A stretch of 64,000 nt of DNA, taken from contig CAWANZ010000002.1 of NCBI GenBank assembly GCA_963783665.1, positions 680,984 through 744,983 of the forward strand. The letters are read 5' to 3'. The position numbers were made by a program, and so were the translations under genes. The first letter of the stretch is position 1. The number at the start of each line of letters is the position of its first letter. Positions 10,594 to 20,580 of this stretch are shown here, in pieces. The stretch is from Candidatus Aminicenantes bacterium. GTDB taxonomy: Bacteria > Acidobacteriota > Aminicenantia > Aminicenantales > UBA4085. Under the pieces are notes generated by a model, which was given only the letters and a program-made list of their open reading frames with translations, was not told where the DNA came from and made no database searches.

Positions 10594-10844
10594 ACGGGTC
10601 GTTTCATCACGTTCGGGCCATCGATTGAATTCCGTTTTCTCTCCGGCCCGAGACGGGCAGAGGCCGGAGATCGGCTCGGCTTTATCATAATCCGGTCCGT
10701 TTTCGGCGAACAATCGCCCGGGCGGATGAGGATGGGGGTGATATTTGATTCGTCCGTGTCATCGTCGGAGAGGATTGAGGCCCACGCCTCTCCTCCCCCC
10801 GGATTTTGACAGGGCCGGGACGAAGGGATATATTTGACAAGAAA

Positions 10845-11855
10845 ATGATCGAAAGGCTGAAAACGAACGGAAAAAAATGGGGGGGCATTCTCGCCGCCCT
10901 GATCCTGGCCGGCGGCCTGGCCGCAGCCGGATCGAGCCGGAATCCCGCCCAGGACCAGACGGCCGGACAGATCGAGCCGTTTTACCTCCGTCTTCTTAGA
11001 TCCGGCGAAAATGCATACATAGCGGGGAATTTTCGCGAAGCCGCGCAGGATTTCAAAGTAGCCGTCTTCGGCCTCTACCCTGACCGGCGGATACTGGCCC
11101 GGGCCCAGGTATACCTCGGCTTGAGCCTGGTCAAAACCGGCGATTCGAGCAGCGGACGGGAGTTGATCGAAAAAGCATTAAGTGCGATCGGCGGCTCCGA
11201 TCATTATGAAACACTGGGGCTTGGGCCCGCGGCGGCCTCGGACCTCGCCGCTTTGATTAAGAAGTGGAATCTTTCTCCAACTCCGGCTGCGGCAAAAACC
11301 GTCGAATCTCCGGTCCCACTACCGTCCCGGCCGGCGGAAACGCCCCCGGCGACCATCGCGGCGCCGGCCACAAAACCCGCGGCCGAGGAGGCCTCAACTT
11401 CCTCGTCCGACCGGATCGGCGAGCTGAAAGAGGTCCTCGCCGTCGATCCGAGGAACGCCACGGCTTATGCCGAGCTGGCCGAGCTCGAGCTTCGGGCCGG
11501 AGACGCGGCAGCCGCCAAAAGCACCCTGAAAAGCATGATCCGGGAGAACCCGGCCGAAGTCGAAGGCTACTTGTCATTAGGCCGGATTTGTTACCGGGAA
11601 AAAATCTATAAAGAAGCCGACACGCATCTGGAAAAATTTCTCGATCTCGTTAGAGTCACCGGCCTGAGCCAAAACAAAATCGCCGAGGCCCGGGCCCTCC
11701 GGCTCCTCGCGGCCTCTCTCCGCGATGATTCTCGGAAGCTGCGGAAGTTCCTGGCGGAATACCGCGATTCGTTCGAAGGGGAGGCGATCGATTCCCTGCC
11801 TCTCTTCCCCGAAGATAAAGCCCGTTTACGGAGCATTCTCCAGACCGGAAAATAA
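10845..11855 (+). CDS. Exported tetratricopeptide-repeat protein
   Basis: N-terminal hydrophobic segment, TPR-like helices, Pro/Ala-rich linker, second TPR block (VDPRNATAYAELAELE). Confidence 0.7.
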   Translation: MIERLKTNGKKWGGILAALILAGGLAAAGSSRNPAQDQTAGQIEPFYLRLLRSGENAYIAGNFREAAQDFKVAVFGLYPDRRILARAQVYLGLSLVKTGDSSSGRELIEKALSAIGGSDHYETLGLGPAAASDLAALIKKWNLSPTPAAAKTVESPVPLPSRPAETPPATIAAPATKPAAEEASTSSSDRIGELKEVLAVDPRNATAYAELAELELRAGDAAAAKSTLKSMIRENPAEVEGYLSLGRICYREKIYKEADTHLEKFLDLVRVTGLSQNKIAEARALRLLAASLRDDSRKLRKFLAEYRDSFEGEAIDSLPLFPEDKARLRSILQTGK

Positions 11856-11924
11856 TCCCGGGCCCGCCGCTTTCCTTGTAATTCCCCCGGCCGGAAGGTA
11901 AACTAGCCTGCCTGGATGCAAATC

Positions 11925-13231
11925 ATGACCCAGCTTGAATACGCAAAAAATGGCACCCTGACGCCCGTCCTCGAAGCGGCCGCGCGCGCGGAAGGCGTCT
12001 CCCCCGCCGAGCTTTCGGCTTTGGTAGCCCAGGGCCTGGCCGTCGTCCCGGCTAATCCCCTCCATCCGCGGCTCCGCCCCATGGCCGTCGGAAAAAACCT
12101 CCGGACAAAGGTCAACGTCAACATCGGCACCTCCAAGGATTGCATCGACCTCCCGGGCGAGCTTCAGAAGGTCGACGTTTCCCTGGAATACGAGGCCGAC
12201 ACGATCATGGACCTGAGCACCGGAGGCGACCTCCGGGCGATCCGCCGGGCGATCCTGGACCGGGCCCCGATCCCGCTGGGGACCGTGCCGATCTACCAGG
12301 CCGCCGTCGAAGCCATCGGCCGGCGCGGGTCCGTGGTCGAGATGACCGCCGACGACCTGTTCGCCTCGATCGAGGACCAGGCCCGGGAAGGCGTCGATTT
12401 CATGACCGTTCACTGCGGCCTGACCCTCCGGGCGATCGACCGGATGAAATCCCAGGGGCGGGTGGCCGACATCGTCTCCCGAGGGGGCGCCTTTCATCTC
12501 GCCTGGAGCCTCCACCACGGCAAGGAAAATCCGCTTTTCGAGCAGTTCGACCGATTGCTCGAGCTGGCCCGGACATACGAGTTCACCTTGAGCCTGGGCG
12601 ACGGCCTGCGGCCCGGCTCGATCATCGACGCAACCGACCGCTGCCAAATCGAGGAGCTGCTGACTCTGGGCGAGCTCGTCAAGCGCGCCCGGGAACGCGG
12701 CGTCCAGGTCATGGTCGAGGGACCGGGCCATGTTCCGCTCGACCAGGTCGAGATGAACGTCAAGCTCGAGAAAAGCGTCTGCCACGGAGCGCCGTTCTAC
12801 GTCCTCGGCCCCCTCGTGACGGACATCGGGGCGGGATACGACCACATTGTCGGAGCCATCGGCGGAGCGATCGCGGCCTCAGCCGGAGCGGATTTTCTCT
12901 GTTACGTCACTCCGGCCGAGCATCTCGGCTTGCCGACCGTCGACGACGTCCGGGAGGGATTGATCGCCTCCCGCATCGCCGGGCACGCCGCCGATATCGT
13001 CAAGGGCCTCCCCGGAGCCCGCGACCGCGACTTGAATCTCTCCCGGGCCCGGAAAAGCTCGATTGGAAAGGCCAACAAGCCCTGGCTCTCGATCCGCGTA
13101 AGTTCGAAACCACCCGGCGGAAACACCAATCCGGGTCGGCCGCCTGTTCCATGTGCGGCGACTTTTGCGCCATGCGCCTCGTTTCCGAATTTCTCGACAC
13201 GCCGGGAGACACGGATGTCGAGAAATGCTGA
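11925..13231 (+). CDS. thiC: Phosphomethylpyrimidine synthase ThiC (short form), frameshift at about 13055
   Basis: [54 protein letters not shown]-terminal CSMCGDFC Fe-S motif lies in the second frame after a short A run. Confidence 0.9.
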
Positions 13232-14066
13232 GGGGCTTCGTTTCGGCCCGGCCGGCGTTCCGGATTCCTCCCCCCAGACCTCGACCGTCGCCGCCCTCGC
13301 CTACGTCCGCAGCCTGAATCTCGATTGCCATGAAATGGAGTTCGTCCGGGGGGTGAAAATCGGCAGCGACACCGCCGCCCGGATTAAAGCCAAGGCCGAG
13401 GAGCTCGACATCGGTCTCAGCGCCCACGCCCCCTATTACGTCAACCTGAACTCGCCGGAAGCCGGCAAGCGGCTTCAGAGCCAGGATCATCTCCTCCGGT
13501 CGGCCCGGGCCGCCGCCCTCTGCGGAGCCAAAAGCGTTGTCTTCCACGCCGGGTATTACGGGCTGACGTCCCCGGAGGAAGCCTATGCAACCATCAAGCG
13601 GGAAATCGGCCAGGTCCTTTCCGTCCTCCGGGCCGAACGCAATCCCGTCCGGCTCCGGATCGAGACCATGGGCAAAGCGTCCCAATTCGGAACGCTGGAC
13701 GAAGTGCTGTCCCTGTGTCGCGAGCTCGAGGGCTTGGAACCCTGTCTTGATTTTTCTCACCTTCATGCCCGGGAAGGGCAGGTCAACTCATATCCGGAAT
13801 TCCAGCGCGTCTGGCGAAAGGTCGAAAAGCGGCTGGGCAAATCAGGTCTTAAAAATGCCCATGTCCACATCTCGGGAATCGAATATGGGCCCAAGGGCGA
13901 GCTTCGCCACCTCAACCTTCCCGATTCCGATTTCCGGTATCACGAGTGGATCCGGGCGGTCGGCGAGGCCGGAATCGAAGGCCATATCGTCTGCGAAAGC
14001 CCGGCCCGGGAATTCGACGCCAGGATGCTCCAAGACCTCTACCGATCGTTCCGCTTGAAACACTGA
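13215..14066 (+). CDS. nfo: Endonuclease IV-like AP endonuclease (TIM barrel)
   Basis: FGPAG start, [42 protein letters not shown] Zn-ligand motifs. Confidence 0.85.
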   Translation: MSRNAEGLRFGPAGVPDSSPQTSTVAALAYVRSLNLDCHEMEFVRGVKIGSDTAARIKAKAEELDIGLSAHAPYYVNLNSPEAGKRLQSQDHLLRSARAAALCGAKSVVFHAGYYGLTSPEEAYATIKREIGQVLSVLRAERNPVRLRIETMGKASQFGTLDEVLSLCRELEGLEPCLDFSHLHAREGQVNSYPEFQRVWRKVEKRLGKSGLKNAHVHISGIEYGPKGELRHLNLPDSDFRYHEWIRAVGEAGIEGHIVCESPAREFDARMLQDLYRSFRLKH

Positions 14067-14073
14067 CCGGATC

Positions 14074-15348
14074 TCAACCGGAGGCCCGCCGATAGATTTC
14101 GTCCAGGGCCGCGGCCTTTCCTTCCCAGGAGAAATCTCCGATACGGCGAAGCGCCCCTTCGCCCAGCCGCCGCCGTTCGTCCTCGTCGCCGGCCAGCCGC
14201 TCAAGGGCGGCGGCCAAGTCGGCGGTCAGCTGCCGGGGCGTCCGGACCGCAAGCTTGATCCCGCAGTCCGGGGTGACGACGTTCGTGAATCCGCAGCAAT
14301 CAGGGCAGACGACGGGCAGGCCGGCGGAAAGGAATTCGAGGAGGACCGTCGAGGTCAGGTCCTTGAGGCTCGTGATCACCCCGACGTGAGCTTGCTTCAC
14401 CATTCGGACCGCTTCGTCCCGGGGGATCCAGCCCGGCCAGGAACATCTCCCGCCGAGGCCCAGCTCGCGGGCGAGCCATTTCCATCCGGTCGTGCTCCGG
14501 CCGCGGCCGAGGACGGTTAATCTCCAGTCGAACCGGTCTCCGATGAGGGCCAAGGCCCGCAGGAGCAGCGGCAGCGCTTTGCCCGGCTGGTGCTGGCCGC
14601 TCCAGATCAGCCGGATCGGCTCCGCCGGTCCGCGCCGGACGGGTGTCTCAACGGATTCGCCGGGCGGTCCGATCTCGCAGATCACCTCGCTTGCCTGTCC
14701 GTAGCGGCGGCGGATTTCCCGCCGGATCCCCTCCGTGGCGGCGATAATCGCCCCGGAGGCCTTGGCAAACGATTTTTTCGGACCGGGCAAAAAAAGGATC
14801 TGCAGGGAGTTGTAGATGTTGCGGCCGGCATAATAGAAAGCCCCGGCCGGCCCCATCATCGGGAGAAACCTCCAGGGCGTGTTCTCCAACCCTCCGATAG
14901 GCCCCCAAACCAGGGGCATGTCCATCCGCCAGAAACGGCCGGGAAATCGGAAGCCCACATAGGTGACGAGATGGACCAGGTCGAATCCAACGTCGGCCTG
15001 GAGCCGGCAAGCCAGCCGGAAGGCGTCGACCTGCCACCCGCTATAGGACAGGTTCATGATCGGCTTGAGCGGCGTGTTCTCGATGAGCTTCCAACCGGGC
15101 GTCGGACGATAATGCCAGGACTTCTCGGGCACGTAATGGAAGCGGACGGAGCCGACCGACCCGCCTTCCCTCGCCTGGGCCCGCTCGATGTCGTCCCGGT
15201 GGTATCCGGCCGTGATGACATCAACCTCGTGACGGGAGGCGATCGCCTTCACCCAACCCCAGCCCACTCCCTCCTCGGAACCCAAGACCGGATTGCATGC
15301 GTAGGCCACGGCCAGGATCTTCAGCGGACGAACATATGCGGATGTCAT
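14074..15348 (-). CDS. Glycosyltransferase family 4
   Basis: AYACNP..GSEEGVGW, WGPIGG, KALPLLL, VLLEFLSAGLPVV. Confidence 0.88.
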   Translation of the reverse strand: MTSAYVRPLKILAVAYACNPVLGSEEGVGWGWVKAIASRHEVDVITAGYHRDDIERAQAREGGSVGSVRFHYVPEKSWHYRPTPGWKLIENTPLKPIMNLSYSGWQVDAFRLACRLQADVGFDLVHLVTYVGFRFPGRFWRMDMPLVWGPIGGLENTPWRFLPMMGPAGAFYYAGRNIYNSLQILFLPGPKKSFAKASGAIIAATEGIRREIRRRYGQASEVICEIGPPGESVETPVRRGPAEPIRLIWSGQHQPGKALPLLLRALALIGDRFDWRLTVLGRGRSTTGWKWLARELGLGGRCSWPGWIPRDEAVRMVKQAHVGVITSLKDLTSTVLLEFLSAGLPVVCPDCCGFTNVVTPDCGIKLAVRTPRQLTADLAAALERLAGDEDERRRLGEGALRRIGDFSWEGKAAALDEIYRRASG

Positions 15349-15360
15349 CGGATCGAATGC

Positions 15361-17072
15361 TCAGCGAGCGGATTCGGGATGGCGGGACAGCCACGACGAA
15401 AAGGGAGCGGCGGATGAGGGCTCGGCCTCGGCGGCCGCCGCGTCCAGGCGGCGGAAAAGATCGGCCAGCCCGTCGACCGGACTCCGTCCCGCGCTCAGAA
15501 GCACATAGCCCGGCAGGCCGGCGGCCGCCGACGCGCTTCGAGCCGCGACGACGCGTCCGTCCCGGATTTCGCAATCGAAAATCCATTCGATAAATGACCG
15601 CCATTCTCCCGGATGGCTGTCGGCATGATAGGGTTTGGCCGCCGTGGATTCGGGAATGAGGACGGAGACGGGAACGAGAATCGGCCGGCCGGCGTCAACG
15701 ATGTATTCCGGCCCGAGGTCCCAATGCCGGTAGAACGCATAAAGGAGGGGGCCGTTTTCAAAGGTCCGCGGCCGGGCGAAGTAATAGAGAAGATTTTCCC
15801 GCAGATCGAAATCCGCGATCAGCGTCGCGTCTTCCGGAGCCTTGGCCTGGATCAGGGCGGCCCGGTCGTAATCGAGACCGCGGCCGGCATGAGCCGGAAG
15901 GACGGCCCCGATCAAATTCCAGGCCGCCAAGGCGGCGATCGCCGTCACCGACAAGCCGAAAAGCAGCCGGCGGGCTCGCGGCGGATTCGACGCGGAAGCC
16001 CGACGGTCGGCCAGAAGCCGAGCGGCCAGGAAGAAGATCAGCGGCAGGAGCGGGATATAGAGCTCGTAGCCATAGGGGGTAAACCACCAGATGAAGGCGA
16101 CCGTCACCGCCAGCCAGATCAGCAGAGTCAGACGGAATTCGGCCTCCGGGGCCCGCCGGACGATCGCTTTGATCGTCATTAAAACCAGGGCCGCCAGCAG
16201 AAGGCCGGTCGCGGCGGCCGCCGGAAGATAGAGTGACGGGGGAACGAACGCGAAGTTCCGGGCGAAGCTCAGGAGAATCTTCGCCCCGCCCATGATCGAA
16301 ATATTGCTCATCGTCCCCCACCGGGGGTCGGGATAAAAAGCATAAGAGAGGCACCACCGAACGAATCCGGAAATCGTCCTCGGTCCCGACGTCGTCCCGA
16401 ACGCGGCCAGGTACAGCGGCGAGAACGATCACCCCGGCCGCGGCGATTGTGCCCGCGGCCCGGATCCATCCCTTCCGGCCGAACCGCCTGGCCAGGAGAT
16501 AAGCGAACGGTACCGCAAAAAGGACGCTGATCTGGTTATAGAGGACGGCCAGGCAGAAAAGGCCCAGGAGGACGAAGCCAAGCCCGGCCGAGGGCGGAGT
16601 CGAACGAACCGGATGGAGCAAAGCCAGGATGAGCACCAGGCAACCCATCGTCGGGATATAAACTTCGACAAACGTCGCGTATTGCCAGAACCCCAAGCAG
16701 ACAAACAAGCCCGAGGCAAAGAGGGCGGCCAAGGCCGGCGGAAGCCGTCATCCGGCGAACGATGCCGAAGACGGCGGCCAGGACGATCAGAGCCCAGAAG
16801 ATATTGTGGACCTGGGCCGCCTCGAGCGGGCTGATCGAAGGAACGACGGTCCCCAATCCCTTCCAGACAACGCGGATGATCGGATTGAAAAGCAGGTGAT
16901 GCGGATGGAACAGGCTGGTTCCGGACCTGATCGAGCGGGCATAGGCGAGGCTGTCGCCCGTTTGAACTCCGGAACGGAAGAGAACGAGGACGACGGCGGC
17001 CAGGACGAGAACGGCGATCAAGTAACCGAGGGAACGAGGACGAGGCGAATGCGGAGAAGCTCCTGAGCTCAT
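15361..17072 (-). CDS. Polytopic membrane protein, GT-C-like glycosyltransferase (split over three frames)
   Basis: Three overlapping hydrophobic ORF pieces (GDSLAYA...HPHHLLFN; FWQYATFVEVY; WWFTP..YE) join into one multi-TM protein. Confidence 0.6.
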
Positions 17073-17166
17073 TTCCGAAAAAGTTAACACATCCCCCCCG
17101 GCCGGGCAAGCCCCTTGCGCCTCGCCGGGCATTTCTTTATCCTTAAAGAGAAAGAGAGTGTTCCCC

Positions 17167-19742
17167 ATGGCTAAGAAAATCCTCGCGTTCGTCTTTGCCT
17201 TGGCTGTCTTCATTGTTCCGGAGCTTCCCGGCCCTCAGAAACGGATCTACCTGGCCAACGACGACCACACCGACTACATGTGGACGGCTGATGTGGCGGC
17301 ATTCCGTAGCGCCTTCCTCGCCATGTTGGATTATTACCTCGACCTGGCCGACTCAACGGCCGGCAAAGCAGAGGACTTCCGGAGCCGGTTCAATCCCGAC
17401 GGGACGTTCTGGATCCGGGAATACGAGAGGAACCGGACAACCGGCCAATTCGAGCGCCTGGTCGAGCGGATCAAGGACGGAACGATCGGCGTCCCGATCA
17501 CCCTGCTCAACCTCTCCTACGGGGCGATGCCGGCCGAAGCGGTCCTCCGGAGCATGTACTACGCCGGCCGCCTGGAACGGCGATACGGGATCGATTTCAC
17601 CTTAGCCGCGGCCCAGGAAAACCAGACTCTCCCATTCGGCGTCGGGACGCTCTGGGCGGGGGCCGGAGCTTCCTATTTCTGGAAAGGCATCTGCGGTTGC
17701 GCCTCCCGGAATCCCGACGCCTGGGATCGGCCCCACGACATGTACTGGTGGACCGGACTGGATGGAAGCCGGCTGCTGGTGAAATGGAACTCGATGATCC
17801 GGGGCAATTATTATGACCTCGGCGGCTACGCCGAAGCCCGGGACCTGGACGGGGCCATCGACTTCGTTACGTCGGACCCCCGGTTCCGCGAGCGCCATCC
17901 TTACGATGTCATCGGCATTTTCGGATACGGCGGGGATGACCTCCAAACTCTCACCGACGCCTTCGTCCTGAAGGCGGAATCAACCTCCACCGCCGACCGC
18001 AGGCTCATCGTTTCCAACATCGTCGACTTCTTCAAGGATTTCGAGGCCGCCCACGGCGGCGAGCTCCCGGCCCAGGCGGTCACCTTCGGGAACGAGTGGG
18101 ATATTCTCAGCGCGTCGATGTCCGAAGTCTCGGCCCGCGTCAAGCGGGCGACGGAAAAGCTTCGCCCGGCCGAAGCCATGGCCGCGCTGGTCAGTATCCA
18201 GGACGCCCAGTTCATGCGCGGCCGAGAAAGCGCCGGCGAGGCGGCCTGGGTCGACCTGGGCATGTATTACGATCACGACTGGACGGCCGACGGGCCGATC
18301 ACCCGCGACGCCCGGGCCGCCTGGCAGCGGGAACGAGCGTCCGGAATCACAACTTATGTCGACACGCTGTTCGACGAGGCCAAAGCTGCCCTCGGCGCCA
18401 TGGTCGCCAAAACATCGTCCAACCCCCAGGTCTTCGTCTTCAATTCCCTCGGCTGGACCCGGACCGGGAGAGGCGGACATCCCCTACGCGGGGTCCGACG
18501 ACGTCCGGGTGATCGATTCCTCGACCGGTCTCGAAGCGCCGTCCCAGAAAGTGGAAATCGGCGGCACCGCATACCTCAGGATCTGGGCGCAAGGCGTCCC
18601 GCCGCTCGGATATAAGACCTTCGAGATCGCCCCCGGGGCCGGAACGCCGGCCGCCGGCGGACCGACGGCTTCGGACGATGTTCTGGAGAACGCCCGTTAC
18701 CGCGTCCAGGTGGGAGCCAACGGGGCGATCGTCAGTCTGATCGACAAGCTCCGCGGCAACCGGGAAATGGTCCGAGAGCGGCGACCGCCGGATGAACGAC
18801 CTCGGTCCGGGCAATGGGACGATCGCCGTGGCCGACGCCGGGCCGGTTTCAGCCACGCTCCGCGTTTCTTCTTCCGGGCCCCTGGTTCATACGACGTCGA
18901 TCACCCTTTTCCGCGATTCTTCCCGGATCGACATCCGCAACGAAATTCAGCAGACCTTCGGCGATATCCGGACATGGGACTTCAACGTCGACCTCGACCT
19001 CCCGGAGCTCCGGCACGAGGAGATCGGCGCCGTTATTCTCGGCCGCCTGACCGGAGACGGAGGCCACTATGCCGACCAGGCCGCCCGGTACGACTGGCTC
19101 AGCCTCAATCATTTCGCCGACCTTACGGCCGGCGGATCCGGGCTGACGATTTCCAGTCCGGACCTGTCGTTTTTCCGGAGAGGCGACAGCACGCCGAAAT
19201 TCTTCGACACCCAGAGCCCGCGGCTTTCGTTCCTCGCCGGGGGCCAGGTCGACGGCTCGTCCCTTGGGATTACCAACCAGGGCGGGGACGGGTATTTTCT
19301 CCAGCGCTTCGCCCTGGAAGCTCACGGGGCCTACGACCAGGCCGCGGCGATGCGCTTCGCTCTCGAGCATCAGAATCCGCTCGCCGTCGGCGAGGTGACC
19401 GGCGGGACGAAATATCCCGGCGGCTCGTTCTCCCTCTTCTCCCCCACGGCGGACGGCGTCTTCGTCTGGGCGGTCAAACCGGCCGAGGATACGGCCGCGG
19501 GAGGGATTGTCATCCGGGTCTGGAACCAAACCCCGGGCGAAACGGCCTTCGACCTGGCCTTCTCCAGCTTCGAGATCCTGGAAGCCCAACGGACATCCCT
19601 GATCGAAACCCCGCTGGAAACCGCCGTCTTCCAGGCCGGCTCACTCTCCGATGCGGTTCCGAGTTATGGCTGGAAAGCCTATCACCTCAAGCTGAACGGG
19701 GAGGCCGCCACGGGAAAAGGGAGCCGGAAAAAAATCCGTTAA
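17167..19742 (+). CDS. Secreted glycoside hydrolase, GH38 alpha-mannosidase-like (frameshifts near 18470 and 18785)
   Basis: Signal peptide, DDHTDYMW metal motif, VFNSLGWTR, VPPLGYKTF, LENARYRV, VWAVKPAED...IRVWN. Confidence 0.75.
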
Positions 19743-19745
19743 CTT

Positions 19746-20387
19746 TTAAAAGGCGAGGTAAAATCCGCCCGCGCCGGAGAGCCCGGCCAAGGTCCGCTCG
19801 CCCTCGAAGATCCAGCCGAAGCGGCCCTCAAGGCGGCATCCCCATGATTTTCCCACGACGATCAGCAATCCGAGTCCGACGTGGGCTTCAGGATCGAGCC
19901 GGTCTTTAAAGACGGGCGCGGGAATATCAATGACGAATCCGTAGCGGGAGGTATACGCGGCGTCCCCGGCCAGGTAAACATCCAAACCGCCGCCGGCCAG
20001 CAGATACGGCCGGACTCCGCCGGGAAACGGGGCATAGAGGACGTTGAGGGTGAGCGAAGCATGGGGTCCCGCGGAGACTTCAAGGATGTCGCCGTCGGAC
20101 GGATCTTCCAGCTCGACCGGGGTCGAGCCGATATAGCGGGCGTCGATTTCCCAACCGACCCTGTTCCCCAACCGGAGATAGGACAAGCCGAAGAGCGGCC
20201 CGAGGTGAGCCGGGACAACGGGGAAATCGTTTTCGCCGAGGAGGTATTCGCCGGTTTCCCCCGAGGCGAAATGATCAAAGACGCCGCCGAAAATCGAGAG
20301 GATATTCGCTCGCGATTTCTCCTGGGCCGCTCCGGGAACGGCCAGGAGAATCGCCCCGGCCAAGGCCGCGATCACCCGGGCTCTCAT
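19746..20387 (-). CDS. Small outer-membrane beta-barrel protein
   Basis: Signal peptide, VRPYLLAGGG, alternating strands, terminal YLAF. Confidence 0.7.
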   Translation of the reverse strand: MRARVIAALAGAILLAVPGAAQEKSRANILSIFGGVFDHFASGETGEYLLGENDFPVVPAHLGPLFGLSYLRLGNRVGWEIDARYIGSTPVELEDPSDGDILEVSAGPHASLTLNVLYAPFPGGVRPYLLAGGGLDVYLAGDAAYTSRYGFVIDIPAPVFKDRLDPEAHVGLGLLIVVGKSWGCRLEGRFGWIFEGERTLAGLSGAGGFYLAF

Positions 20388-20580
20388 GACGGCATTATAC
20401 CTCACGTAATGCCGAACAAATAGACGCCTCACCCCCAGAGGGGAGACGGAGAGAAGCGATTTCACCCCAGCGTTCATCGGTCGAGGTATTTCGAACGGCG
20501 ACCCGGTCAGTTATGATACATCTTGAAGGTCCGGCCGGGTGTCCGTCTTTATCCAACGGCCGGCGCTTGGAAAACGCAAC

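Noticed and set aside
11856-11924. TPP riboswitch upstream of thiC
   Set aside because: No CTGAGA or other aptamer core, and the gap is too short.
11916-14066. 716-aa ThiC-endonuclease IV fusion ORF
   Set aside because: The essential CSMCGDFC motif of ThiC is in another frame after a short A run at about 13055, and nfo has its own ATG at 13215. The fusion is an indel artefact.
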